Origin: an uncultured Chloroflexia bacterium
GTDB lineage: Bacteria; Chloroflexota; Limnocylindria; Limnocylindrales; CSP1-4
Assembly: GCA_963706695.1 (NCBI GenBank)
Contig: CAVPNC010000015.1
Coordinates: 874 to 64,873, forward strand
DNA: 64,000 nt
Direction of reading: 5' to 3'
The translations under genes and the position numbers were made by a program. The notes under the pieces were generated by a model. That model saw only the letters and a list, made by a program, of their open reading frames with translations. It did not search any database and was not told where the DNA came from. Every line of letters starts with the position of its first letter. Position 1 is the first letter of the stretch. Of the stretch, positions 9,448 to 19,362 are shown piece by piece.

Positions 9448-11601
9448 TCAGCCGGCTGCGTCAGGCCAGACGATGGTGATCCAGCCGTCGGGGCCCTCGG
9501 TCACGACACGCTCGCCCAGGGTGGCCGCTTCGGCCAGCTCGGGCTGCTCGGCGATGAGCTCGAGGAACTCGGCTGCTGCCGACCTCGACCTCGGGCGTCT
9601 CGGTGCCCTCCTCGAAGTCGTCACGTGTCCACGTGTCGTCGACGAAGTAGTAGGTGTGCGAGCCCACCACCTGCGTGGCCGGCGCGCTGTTGCGCTGGAC
9701 CTGCGCGTTGTCGCGCAGCTCACCGACGGACTTGGCCCGCTCGACGGCGGCCTGGCCCGAGGACGGCGCGGCAGCGAGCTGCCTCGGCCTCGTCGAGGGC
9801 CTGCTCGAACATCAGGTCGTCGCCGTCGGCTGCGAAGCGACGCATGTCGGGCTCTTCCGCGAGATAGGCCGTGTACGGGGTCACGATGCCGAACTGGTTG
9901 GCGACCTCGACGATCTCCTCCACGAGCGAGTCGCGAACGCCTTCGATCCGCAGCTCGGTGAGCAGGTCGGCCACACGCCGCTGTGCCCACAGCTGGGAGA
10001 TGGCAGGGTCATCGGTGTCGCGCTCGGGGAAGAGGACGTCATAGACGAACGTCTCGGGGCTCCGTTGGCGGAGTTGCCCGCAGACGGTGACGGTGGCTTC
10101 GCCGGCACCGTCGTAGCGGCCGGCCAGGAGGGCCTGGCTGCCGGCGAAGATGCCCGGGATCCCGGCCGGAGCCAGGTCCCACGTCTCCACGCCGTCGATG
10201 GCGATCTCGATGTCCGAGAGGACCGGGCGTCGAGACCATCTCCCACAGGCGGGCGACCTCGGTGTCGATGCGCTGCTCGGGGGTGACGTAGTGGCTGGAG
10301 CCGGTGAACTCGGTGGCCAGGGCGTCGAGGAGCACGGTGTCCACGTCGTAGCCCACGCCGAAGGCGAAGAGCTGTGTGCGTTCGGGTGCGGTCTGCTCGG
10401 TCAGGTCGAGGATGCCCTCGGCCGACTCGATGCCGACGGTGGCCAGACCGTCGGTCAGGAAGACGACGGTCCCCGGGCGCTCGCCGTCGAGGAACTCCAG
10501 ACCCCGCTCGAGGGCGCCGCTGATGTTGGTGTTGCCGCCAGCGACGAGGCTCCGTACGTAGTCGATGCCGGCATCGGCCTCGCTGGCCGGCCGCAGCTCA
10601 TCGGCGAAGGTGCCGATGTAGCGTGAGAAGTCGACGACCGCGAAACGGTCCTCGGCACCGAGGTTCTGGAGCACGTACTCGGCCGCGTCGATGGCCTGCG
10701 CCATCTTCTCGCCCTCCATGGACCCGGAGCGGTCGAGCACGAGCACGACATCACGGGCCACCGTCTCGTCGAGCTCGACGACGGGTGCGAAGAGAAGGTT
10801 GAAGTAGCCGTCGTCACCGGACTCGCGATAGGCCAGCAGGCGCGTGTCGATGAGGCCCTCGCCGCCGCTCAGATAGAGGCGGAAGTTGGTGTCGGGCAGC
10901 CACTCGTTCGTCGACTCCCAGCCCACGCCGATCTCGCCCGCACCACGACGCTCCTGATCGAGGTCGAAGCCGGGCGCGATGGCAGACCGGACCTCCCAGG
11001 GCACGTCGACGTCGACGTTCACGATGCCGCTCGCGGGGCGAGGCGACATCCGCGACCAGGGCACCTCCACGATGGCCTGCTCGCCCTCCGCCAGCAGCGG
11101 CGTGGTCACGGTGAAGCTGACCGAACGCTCCTCACCCGCCGGAACGGGGAAGGCGCGTACTTCATACATGTCGCCCTCGAGCGAGCGCAACAGCGCGGGA
11201 TCGATGAGACGACGCACGATGTCCTCGTAGATGCGAGTGGCGTCATCGGCGTCGAGCAGCTTGCCCTCGAGGGTCTCGGGGCCACCAGAGAGGACGAGGT
11301 CCGTGACCGAGCTGCCGGCCGGGACAGGGAAGACGATGCGACCCTCAGCACCGGGGCCGCCACGGTCCTTCTCGGCCGGGTTGGAGAGGTCGAAGCGGTA
11401 GCGGGCGATGCTCACACCGTCGCTGACCTCGATGTCAGCGTCGATGCCGTCGAGCTGGGCGACCTGGTCGACGGGCCACCAACAGCCGGAACAGGGCATC
11501 GGCGGCATCGGCTCGGGCTCGATGATCTGGGCGAGCGTCGGTGCCGGCAGCAGGAACGCTGCGGCCATGGCCACGACAGTGATCCGGGACAGGGAACGCA
11601 T
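9448..11601 (-). CDS. Secreted VIT + von Willebrand factor A domain protein (frameshifted 3' third)
   Basis: Signal peptide, VIT-like region (YEDIVRRLIDPALL), MIDAS DRSGS, FLTDG, FGVGYDVD; C-terminal LWAQRRVADLL and FGIVTPYTAYL in other frames. Confidence 0.85.
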
Positions 11602-11628
11602 GGTCTTACCTCTATGCGGGGTGCACGG

Positions 11629-11658
11629 CTAGGACGCCGGCGCTCCCGCAGTGGTTCC
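11629..11658 (-). promoter_or_regulatory. Putative ECF-sigma promoter
   Basis: GGAAC-N17-CGTCCTA about 30 nt upstream of the VIT-vWA start codon. Confidence 0.45.
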
Positions 11659-11659
11659 C

Positions 11660-12505
11660 TCAGGTGGTGCGCGGCGGCCCCACCCGGATGAGCTGATGGA
11701 TCTCGCCGAGCGACATGCGTCCGGGGTAGATGTGCTCCAGCCACCACGTCACGCCGACGTCCGCGTATGACGCCGCGAGCGCCGCATCGGCCGCGGGGTC
11801 GCCGCTGAGCAGGCCGGCATGGACGACGTCGAAGGGTCCCTCTCGCGTCCGTTCCGACCGGACGTAGGCCATCGCGTCGGCCATCTCGGCGGGGGTCATC
11901 TGGTACTCGAACCCGGCACCGGCCTTGAGGGGAAAGACCCCATCCCAGGCAGCCGCGCGCCGCAGGGGCCGCTTCGACGGCCAGGTCGCCGCGACCCACA
12001 CCGGGATGCGCGGCCGCTGCACCGATGTCGGCAGGAAGGGTGCGGCTCGGGTGTGCACATGCCGGCCTTCGAACGAGACCGGCTCGCCCGACCACAGCTG
12101 CTCCAGCAGCTCCAGGCTCTCGTCGAGGATCCGGGCCCGCGTCACCCGGTCACCCTCGTCGCCGAAGGCGCTGAACTCCTGCTCGTCGTTGACTCCGAGC
12201 CCGACGCCCAGGATGAGGCGGCCGCGGGACAGATGGTCCAGGGCCACGGTCTCCCGGGCGAGCTTGGTCATGCGCCGCCGGGCCAGTGGCGTGACCATCG
12301 GACCAAGGCGCATCGTGCTCGTCCGGCTTGCGGCCGCGGCTAGTGCGATCCAGGGGTCGGTCACGCGCGCGTCGTGGGCGGTGGCCACGTGGTCCCACAG
12401 GAAGAAGCCGTCCCAGCCGGCATCCTCGGCCTCGACAGCAAGGTCGGCCAGCAGTCCGGGATCGGCCAGGACGCCGAAGATGGTGAGGTCGAGACCGAAC
12501 CTCAT
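11660..12505 (-). CDS. LLM-class (luciferase-like) flavin/F420-dependent oxidoreductase
   Basis: AEDAGWDGFFLWDH, DPWIALAAAA, LDHLSRGRLILGVGLG and QRPRIPVWVA motifs. Confidence 0.9.
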   Translation of the reverse strand: MRFGLDLTIFGVLADPGLLADLAVEAEDAGWDGFFLWDHVATAHDARVTDPWIALAAAASRTSTMRLGPMVTPLARRRMTKLARETVALDHLSRGRLILGVGLGVNDEQEFSAFGDEGDRVTRARILDESLELLEQLWSGEPVSFEGRHVHTRAAPFLPTSVQRPRIPVWVAATWPSKRPLRRAAAWDGVFPLKAGAGFEYQMTPAEMADAMAYVRSERTREGPFDVVHAGLLSGDPAADAALAASYADVGVTWWLEHIYPGRMSLGEIHQLIRVGPPRTT

Positions 12506-12879
12506 GGTCGATCCGGTGGCAGCTGGATGAAGGCCCCGCGTGACGGTTCGTCCCCCAGGACGCGCGTCGTGTGGCCGCCGCCGACGAGGTCCTCGAGGAG
12601 CGCGATATCGCCGGGGCCGAAGCGGCGGACCTCGCCATCGGTGACCTCAACCTCCAGCTGGCCACCGAGGTTGAGATAGAGCTGGCGATGCGGAGCGGGG
12701 TGCCAGTCCCCGAACCAGCCGCTCGGGAACTCGAAGAGCAGCGCACGTTCGGCCGCGAGCGGCGCCGACACATCGAAGGGTGGCGCTGGCGGGGCGAACT
12801 CGAGGGCGTGCAACTCGACTGCCTGGTCCTCGAAGTGCGATTCGCCGGCCTCGTCGGTCCAGATCCGCGTGATCCTCAC
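12502..12879 (-). CDS. Cupin-domain protein
   Basis: RIWTDEAGESHFED, WHPAPHRQL and LLEDLVGGGHTT motifs; GTG start at 12879; overlaps the LLM start codon. Confidence 0.8.
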   Translation of the reverse strand: MRITRIWTDEAGESHFEDQAVELHALEFAPPAPPFDVSAPLAAERALLFEFPSGWFGDWHPAPHRQLYLNLGGQLEVEVTDGEVRRFGPGDIALLEDLVGGGHTTRVLGDEPSRGAFIQLPPDRP

Positions 12880-12886
12880 CGGCCGA

Positions 12887-13597
12887 TCAGCGTGTGAAGG
12901 TCGGGTTGGTGGCGTCGAGGACGTCACTTCGGACCATGGCTGGGGCGACATACGAGCCGAGGAGCGCCTCGAGGTCGCGGAGGGCGCGATCGATGTCGTC
13001 CGGGGCGGCGGCGTGGAGGCCCTCGACCGTGACCAGGATCTCGGTCGTGTCCTCGCGCGCGGCGCTGGCACGAGACTGGCGCCAACACCACCGACGTGCG
13101 CTGACCTGCTCATCATCGTCGCTGAAGATGACCTCGCCGGGCTCCGGATGCTCGGTCTCGCTGGAGCCAAGGTCAGCCCATCGCTCACCGCCGTGGGCGA
13201 TGCGGACGGTGGTGCCGCCGTTGACCCCGCGCTGATCGAAGACGGCCACGGGCAGGGCATAGCGGATGCTCACGAGGTTGGCCAGGTCGACGAGAGCGTT
13301 GATCGAAGGCAGCTGGCCCTGTTTGGTCAGACGCCGCAGGAGGGCCTCGGCAGCGGATCGGTACTTGGTAGGGTCCACGCCGAAGCTGCGGAACGCGCTG
13401 CGCCAGGCGGCCAGGGTCGGCAGCTCGGACAAGGGCGTGTCGCCGATCCGCTCGCGAACCGAGGCCTGCTCTGCGGCGAAGGCAGCCGTGAGCTCCGCCG
13501 GCGCCGGGCGATTGGTCACACCGCCAGCATGGATGACCCCGCCGACGACGTTCGGGAACTGCTCGAGGATCTCGTGGTCGTAGCCGAAGCGCGCCAT
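12887..13597 (-). CDS. Stand-alone B3/B4 (PheRS-beta-related) domain protein
   Basis: AWRSAFRSFGVDPTKYRSAAEALLRR, LPSINALVDLANLVS and RRWCWRQS motifs. Confidence 0.88.
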   Translation of the reverse strand: MARFGYDHEILEQFPNVVGGVIHAGGVTNRPAPAELTAAFAAEQASVRERIGDTPLSELPTLAAWRSAFRSFGVDPTKYRSAAEALLRRLTKQGQLPSINALVDLANLVSIRYALPVAVFDQRGVNGGTTVRIAHGGERWADLGSSETEHPEPGEVIFSDDDEQVSARRWCWRQSRASAAREDTTEILVTVEGLHAAAPDDIDRALRDLEALLGSYVAPAMVRSDVLDATNPTFTR

Positions 13598-13660
13598 GTC
13601 AGGAGTCTGCCAAAGCCGAAGCCGTGGTGCGAGGGGGCGCTGCACGCCCGCGGGCCCGAG

Positions 13661-14998
13661 CTAGGGCGACACCTCGCGGCCGGCCACGAGCTCCGTCGCC
13701 TGCTCACCCCTCAGCGCATGCGCCGCCATGACCGCGGCCCCGAAGGCGGTCGTCTCCGGCTCGGTCACGCGCGCCATGGGCCGGTCGTAGGCCCGGCGAC
13801 GCAGTTCGCGCCAGAGTGGCACACGCGTCGGATGTCCGGCCGCGAGCACCACCTCGTAGGGCTCCCCGGCAGCGGCCTCGAGGCGGTCGATGATGGCCGC
13901 CGATCGCTGTGCGAGGCCCTCCAGCACCGCCCGCATGATCGAGGCTCGATGGGCGTCGTATGGCACCGAGTCGAGGCGGCCGAGGCGCAAGTCATCGGTG
14001 ACCTCGAAGCTGATGCCGGCGGTCCCGGCCGCCGCGACGGCCTGGTACATGTCCCCGTCGTCGACACCGTCGAAGAGGAGCGCCCGCCACTGCTGGAAGA
14101 AGTGGCCGGAGTGGATGTTGACGTGGGCGTACCAGGTGTCGTCGTCGACGTAGCAGCCCTGGTCGATGCCGCGCGCCGCCTCGCCCTCGAGCGGCGCCTC
14201 GAGCAGGGAGAGGTGTGCCTCCGAGGTACCCGCGGAGAGGAACAGCTCTCGCGTGGACCGGACACCGGCCCCGTAGGCCGCGCAGAGGTGGTCGTGGCCA
14301 CCGCTCACGAGGGCTACCCCGTCCGGCAGGCCCAGGCGTACTGCCAGCGCCGGCTCGAGCGTGCCGATGACGGTACGGCCGGGCACCAGGCGAGGGAACT
14401 CGATGTGGATGCCCGCAGCCTTGATCGTGGCCGGGTCCCACGCTCGCTCGACGATGTCGAACGCGCCGGCCCGCGACGCATGCGACCAGTCCATGACCAG
14501 CTGGGCGCCGAGCCCATGGAGGACGTAGTCACCGAGGTCGGTCCAGGTCACGGCCCGGTCGAGCTGCTCGGGCGCGTGCGTCCCGATCCAGAGCAGCTTG
14601 AAGAGCGAGAAGGTGGCATCGGGCGGCCTTCGGCGGGAGAGCTCGAGGGCACCGCCGGGACCCGACATGAAGGCCGCCGCCTCGTCCAGCCCACGCGGGT
14701 CGTACCAGGCGATGGCGTCGGCGGTGGGAACGCCCTTGGCGTCGAGCAGCACGACCTCCTCGCCGACGCTGGCGACACAGAGCGCTTCGATGCGCGCAGG
14801 GTCCGGAACCTGTCGCACGACCGCCGCGAGGAGCTCCATGACGGTCTCGAGCACGTGTCCAGGACGGTGGGCCTCACCGAGCTCGTCTCGCACGACCGGC
14901 GTGGGAGCCGACTCCAGGGCCAGCGTGCGGCCGTCTACGACATCGAGCGCGAGGACTTTCGTGTGGGTGGTGCCGACGTCGACCCCGAGCGTGATCAT
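13661..14998 (-). CDS. FGGY-family carbohydrate kinase
   Basis: LGVDVGTTHTK, AWYDPR, GGHDHLC, SAGTSE and RAVLEG motifs. Confidence 0.88.
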   Translation of the reverse strand: MITLGVDVGTTHTKVLALDVVDGRTLALESAPTPVVRDELGEAHRPGHVLETVMELLAAVVRQVPDPARIEALCVASVGEEVVLLDAKGVPTADAIAWYDPRGLDEAAAFMSGPGGALELSRRRPPDATFSLFKLLWIGTHAPEQLDRAVTWTDLGDYVLHGLGAQLVMDWSHASRAGAFDIVERAWDPATIKAAGIHIEFPRLVPGRTVIGTLEPALAVRLGLPDGVALVSGGHDHLCAAYGAGVRSTRELFLSAGTSEAHLSLLEAPLEGEAARGIDQGCYVDDDTWYAHVNIHSGHFFQQWRALLFDGVDDGDMYQAVAAAGTAGISFEVTDDLRLGRLDSVPYDAHRASIMRAVLEGLAQRSAAIIDRLEAAAGEPYEVVLAAGHPTRVPLWRELRRRAYDRPMARVTEPETTAFGAAVMAAHALRGEQATELVAGREVSP

Positions 14999-15948
14999 CA
15001 GGCGTCCGCCACGACCTCGACCGCGATCCGGGACAGCCATGCGGCACGGTCGAAGTCCGGCGGCAGCTCGGGTGGCAGATGCGTCGCGCCGGCCGAACCG
15101 CAGGCGACGCCAAGGGCGATCGCCTCGCGGGCTGACTGCCCCTCCTCCAGGCCCACGCTCAGGCCAGCCAGCAGGAGGTCGCCCGATCCCGTGGGGTTGA
15201 CCTCGGTGATGCGCGGCGCCCGGGCGTGGACGACCCCCTCGCCATCGGCCAGCAGGGCCCCTTCGGAGCCCATCGTCACGACCACCGTCTCGATGCCGTG
15301 GTCACGGATGCTGCGCATCTCGGCGGCCAGCTCGACGACGCTGACGGCAGCATCTGGATCGGGCGCCCCCAGCAGCTCCAGCAGCTCGTGCCGGTTGCAC
15401 TTGAGCATCCAGGGCCGGCTGGCGAAGGCCACACGCAGGGCCTCGCTGTGGATGTCAACCAGCGTGCGGGCGCCGGCCGCACGACCGAGCTCGAGGATCT
15501 CGGCCACTACGCTGGCCGGGACGCTGTCGGGCAGGCTGCCGGAGATGAGCAGCAGGTCACCCGGTCCGGTATCGGCTGCGATGTCCGCGAGCAATCGGCC
15601 CACCTCGGCCTCGGTCACGGGCGGGCCCGGCTCGTTGAGCACGGTCGTTCGCTCGGCACCCGGTTCGACGACCACGAAGCAGACGCGGGTCCCGGCCGCG
15701 ATGGTGGTGTGCCGGTCGATGACCCCGTCGGCGGTGATCAGGCGGCGCAGGGCCTCGCCCACGTCTCCGCCCAGGAAGCCGTACGCCGTAGCCGAGGTGC
15801 CCAGCCGGAGCGCCGCGCGCGCGACGTTGAAGCCCTTGCCACCGGGAACGACCGAGACCTCGGCCGCGCGATTGACCGTACCCAGGCGAAGGGGTGGCCA
15901 GGTGGAGATGCGGTCCATGGCCGGGTTGGCACCGACGACCCGGATCAT
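14998..15948 (-). CDS. 1-phosphofructokinase-family (PfkB) hexose kinase
   Basis: NPAMD, PGGKGFNVARA, KCNRHEL and NPTGSGD motifs. Confidence 0.9.
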   Translation of the reverse strand: MIRVVGANPAMDRISTWPPLRLGTVNRAAEVSVVPGGKGFNVARAALRLGTSATAYGFLGGDVGEALRRLITADGVIDRHTTIAAGTRVCFVVVEPGAERTTVLNEPGPPVTEAEVGRLLADIAADTGPGDLLLISGSLPDSVPASVVAEILELGRAAGARTLVDIHSEALRVAFASRPWMLKCNRHELLELLGAPDPDAAVSVVELAAEMRSIRDHGIETVVVTMGSEGALLADGEGVVHARAPRITEVNPTGSGDLLLAGLSVGLEEGQSAREAIALGVACGSAGATHLPPELPPDFDRAAWLSRIAVEVVADA

Positions 15949-16376
15949 CCTCCGGGCTCCCACTCGGGCGCGGCCAACTCGAAGCCGTCGAAGCGGAAGC
16001 CGGGCGAGACCGTGCAGCCGACCAGCGTCCAGGGCCCGAGCGACTCGGCAGCCTGCCAGTCGCCGGCCGCCACGATGATCTGCGGTCGCTGACCGGCGTG
16101 GAGGTCCGCACCCAGGACGTGGCGCCTCGCCGGCTCCGTGCCGGAGCCTGGGGCGATCGAGAGAGCGAGCGGTGCGCCGGCGTAGTAGTGCCAGGCTTCG
16201 GCAGCGTCGACCCGGTGCCAGTGCGAACGCTGGCCCGCACGCAGAAGGTAGTAGATGGCCGTCCCCGCGGGTCGCTCACCCGCGGCCGTATCTGCGCTCC
16301 AGGTCTCCGCGTAGTAGCCCCCTTCGGGGTGTGGCTGGAGACCGAGCTCGGTGATGATGGTGTCCGCGTCGCGCAT
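15945..16376 (-). CDS. DUF985 (Cupin_5) protein
   Basis: LGLQPHPEGGYYAET, TAIYYLL, SHWHRV, EAWHYYAG and VGCTVSPGF motifs. Confidence 0.9.
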   Translation of the reverse strand: MRDADTIITELGLQPHPEGGYYAETWSADTAAGERPAGTAIYYLLRAGQRSHWHRVDAAEAWHYYAGAPLALSIAPGSGTEPARRHVLGADLHAGQRPQIIVAAGDWQAAESLGPWTLVGCTVSPGFRFDGFELAAPEWEPGG

Positions 16377-16428
16377 GGAGCAAGCCTAGCCCGTGACGCT
16401 GGACACGGCGTGTAGTGTGGGTCGGCCC

Positions 16429-17736
16429 ATGACGACTCCCCCCGCTGATGGCCACACGGCGATGCACGTCCAGCGCGTCTACCTGCTGCTGACGCTGCTG
16501 ACGACCCTTGCCGCATCCCTCATCTGGGGCGTCAACACGCTCTTCCTGCTCGATGCCGGATTGAGCAACACGGAGGCCTTCGCGGCCAACGCCTTCTTCA
16601 GCATCGGCATGGTCATCTTCGAGGTTCCCACCGGTGTCGTGGCCGACACGCGGGGCCGTCGTTTCTCGTTCATGCTCGGTGCCTTCACGTTGCTGGTCTC
16701 GACCCTGGCCTACCTGCTCATGTGGCAGATCGAGGCACCCTTCATCGGCTGGGCCTTCAGCTCCATCCTGCTGGGACTCGGCTTCACCTTCTTCAGCGGC
16801 GCGACCGAGGCCTGGCTGGTCGACGCCCTCGGTGCCACCGGCTTCAAGGGCAACCTCGAGACCGTCTTCGGCCGGGGCCAGACCATCGGCGGCGTGGCCA
16901 TGCTCGGCGGCTCGGTGCTCGGCGGCATCGTGGCCCAGATGACGAACCTGGGCGTGCCCTACGTGCTGCGGGCGATCATGCTCGGGGTCGCCTTGCTAGC
17001 GGCCTTCTGGTTCATGAAGGACCTGGGCTTCAGAGCCAAGACCGACGTCAGCACCCGTCAGGCCGTGCGGGACATCACGCGCGGCTCCATCGACGGTGGC
17101 CTGCGCAACCGCCCCGTGCGCTGGCTGATGCTGGCGGCACCCTTCACGGGCGGCGTCGGCTTCTACGCCTTCTATGCCATGCAGCCGTATCTGCTCGAGC
17201 TCTACGGCGATCCCAACGCCTACAGCATCGCCGGGCTGGCTGCGGCCATCGTCGCGGGTGCCCAGATCGTGGGCGGCTTGTCGGTACCCTTCGTCCGTCG
17301 CTTCTTCCGCCGACGCACGGACGCCATCTTCCTGGCCGTGGCCCTGGAATCGCTCATCCTGGCCGCCATCGCCGTGGTCGGCTTCAACATGGACGGACTG
17401 GGCCTGACCGCCTTCTACCTGGCCATCGGCCTGCTGGTGTTGTGGGCCCTGGTCTTCGCCGTCGCCGGTCCCATCCGCCAGGCGTTCCTCAACGGGATCA
17501 TCCCCTCACAGGAGCGTGCGACGGTGCTCTCGTTCGACTCGCTCATGGGGTCGGTCGGAGGCGCCGTCGCCCAGCCGGTCCTCGGCCGCGTGGCTGACGT
17601 CTCGGGCTACGCCGCCTCCTACCTCGTGTCTGGCGCCATCAGCGCCATGGCCCTGCCCTTCATCCTGCTGGCGCGGCGCGAGCAGGCACCATCCGATCCC
17701 ATCGACCCCGACCAGCCGGTCATCTCCGAGGGCTGA
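16429..17736 (+). CDS. MFS transporter
   Basis: About 12 hydrophobic segments; FEVPTGVVADTRGRR motif A; FFSGATEAW; RATVLSFDS. Confidence 0.9.
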   Translation: MTTPPADGHTAMHVQRVYLLLTLLTTLAASLIWGVNTLFLLDAGLSNTEAFAANAFFSIGMVIFEVPTGVVADTRGRRFSFMLGAFTLLVSTLAYLLMWQIEAPFIGWAFSSILLGLGFTFFSGATEAWLVDALGATGFKGNLETVFGRGQTIGGVAMLGGSVLGGIVAQMTNLGVPYVLRAIMLGVALLAAFWFMKDLGFRAKTDVSTRQAVRDITRGSIDGGLRNRPVRWLMLAAPFTGGVGFYAFYAMQPYLLELYGDPNAYSIAGLAAAIVAGAQIVGGLSVPFVRRFFRRRTDAIFLAVALESLILAAIAVVGFNMDGLGLTAFYLAIGLLVLWALVFAVAGPIRQAFLNGIIPSQERATVLSFDSLMGSVGGAVAQPVLGRVADVSGYAASYLVSGAISAMALPFILLARREQAPSDPIDPDQPVISEG

Positions 17737-17760
17737 CCCCTGCGGTGCAGTCGTGCCGCC

Positions 17761-17780
17761 GGCCTGCCTGGCGGCAGGCC
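17761..17780. terminator. Hairpin between convergent MFS and sulfatase genes
   Basis: GGCCTGCC-TGGC-GGCAGGCC 8-bp stem; no U-tract. Confidence 0.4.
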
Positions 17781-17802
17781 CGAGCAAGCCCTGCGGGAAG
17801 CG

Positions 17803-19254
17803 TCAGCCCGCTCCGACCTTGCCCTTCCACCTGACGCCATCCCGATCCCAGACCGCGCGCCAGAAGCCGCGCAGCTCTCGACGGACCTCCGCATACGGGG
17901 CACGGCCGGCGAGGTTCAGCAGCCGGTGCGGGTCGTTGGTCAGGTCATAGAGCTCCTCCTCGCCGGTCTGGTAGCGCGTGAACGCCCAGAGGGTTCGGTC
18001 ATAGCCCAGCGTGGTCTCGACGCCGGCCCAGGCCGGCCTGGCGTAGGCACGCCCCGGGTAGTAGCGGTTGGCGTGGAGCATCTCCACGTAGAGGAACTCC
18101 CGTTGGAGCCGCGTGCGCGTGCCCTTGATCAGGGGCAGCAGGCTCAAGCCGTCCGACGAGGGCATGGTGCAGCCGGCCAAGGCACAGAAGGTACGTCCGA
18201 AGTCCACGTTCGAGACCGGCTCGCGGAGCGTCCGGCCCCCACGGCCGATGACCGCCGGCCACTGCATGTAGAGCGGGACCCTGGTGGCGTAGGGATAGGT
18301 CTTGCCCTCCAGGCGGTGGTCGCCCATGAGCCAACCGTTGTCGGCGGTCAGGACCTGGAGCGTGTTGGAGAGCCGGCCGTTGCGCTGTAGGGCCTGGCGC
18401 ACCGTCGCCACGGCCCAGTCGACCGTCAGCAGCTGCTCGCAACGCCGCCGCAACGGGTAGCTCGACATCGGCAGCCTGGGCGTGGCGCGCATGTGCCGAG
18501 GCTTGTCCGAGACGTCGCGCTCGTTGAAGCTCGGGCCCGACCAGCTGCCGACATCGGCGCACACGGGGTCCCCTTCGAAGCGCTTCAGGGGCGTCAGGGG
18601 CTTGTGTCCGTCCACGAGCGAGATGACCATGAACAGCGGCGTCGAGCGCTTGCTCTTGTCGATGACCTCCGCTGCCCGCTTGGCGGCCACGTAGGTAGAG
18701 TGCTGCAGGCTGCCCGAGCCGTAGTGCCGCGCTCCGCTCTTGCGGTACTGGGTCCAGTCGAACACGCGGCCCTGGTTCTCCCACATCACGTCGAACCGGT
18801 CCCACTTGACCGAGAGGCGGCTCATCGTCTTGCGCGTGGGGTAGCGGTCCTTGAGGCGATTGATGTGTTTGCCGATGAAGACGGTCTTGTAGCCCCGTGA
18901 GCGCAGCTTGGGCGACAGCGTGCCGCGTGGGTCGTAGCGCCCGATGTCGTTCTGGGTGACCCCGTTGCGATGGCCGTACCTGCCGGTCAGCAGGTTCGCG
19001 CGAGACGGGCCGCAGAGCGGGGTGCTGACGATGGCGTTCTCGAACTCCAGTCCCTCGTTGGCGAAGCGCGCCAGCGCCGGCGTTCGACCGGGATCGTCCC
19101 AGAGGCGGGCCGGGTAGGGCGCGAAATCGTCGAGATAGAAGAGGACGATGTCAGGCTTGGGCGTTGCCGCTTCGACGGCGCGCAGGGGCAGCTCGAAGAG
19201 CGTTCCGAGCAGCGCCAGGACCAGGGCCATGACGACGATCGATCTCGGATGCAT
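17803..19254 (-). CDS. Secreted sulfatase (formylglycine-dependent family)
   Basis: Signal peptide; LDD, CGPSRANLLTG signature, IGKH, TADNG, ELYDL..DP. Confidence 0.88.
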   Translation of the reverse strand: MHPRSIVVMALVLALLGTLFELPLRAVEAATPKPDIVLFYLDDFAPYPARLWDDPGRTPALARFANEGLEFENAIVSTPLCGPSRANLLTGRYGHRNGVTQNDIGRYDPRGTLSPKLRSRGYKTVFIGKHINRLKDRYPTRKTMSRLSVKWDRFDVMWENQGRVFDWTQYRKSGARHYGSGSLQHSTYVAAKRAAEVIDKSKRSTPLFMVISLVDGHKPLTPLKRFEGDPVCADVGSWSGPSFNERDVSDKPRHMRATPRLPMSSYPLRRRCEQLLTVDWAVATVRQALQRNGRLSNTLQVLTADNGWLMGDHRLEGKTYPYATRVPLYMQWPAVIGRGGRTLREPVSNVDFGRTFCALAGCTMPSSDGLSLLPLIKGTRTRLQREFLYVEMLHANRYYPGRAYARPAWAGVETTLGYDRTLWAFTRYQTGEEELYDLTNDPHRLLNLAGRAPYAEVRRELRGFWRAVWDRDGVRWKGKVGAG

Positions 19255-19362
19255 GGGTTCCCTTGCTGACCTGTGGCCGAGCGCTATGGCCGGTTGGGGT
19301 GCTTGTCCACGGCCTCGCGCGCGTCGGCTCGCACGGTGGGCAGATAGGCCTCGAGCAGCGTT

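Noticed and set aside
12869-16078. 1069-aa plus-strand ORF
   Set aside because: Antisense shadow of the B3/B4, FGGY and PfkB genes; no motifs; long stop-free antisense frames are expected at high GC.
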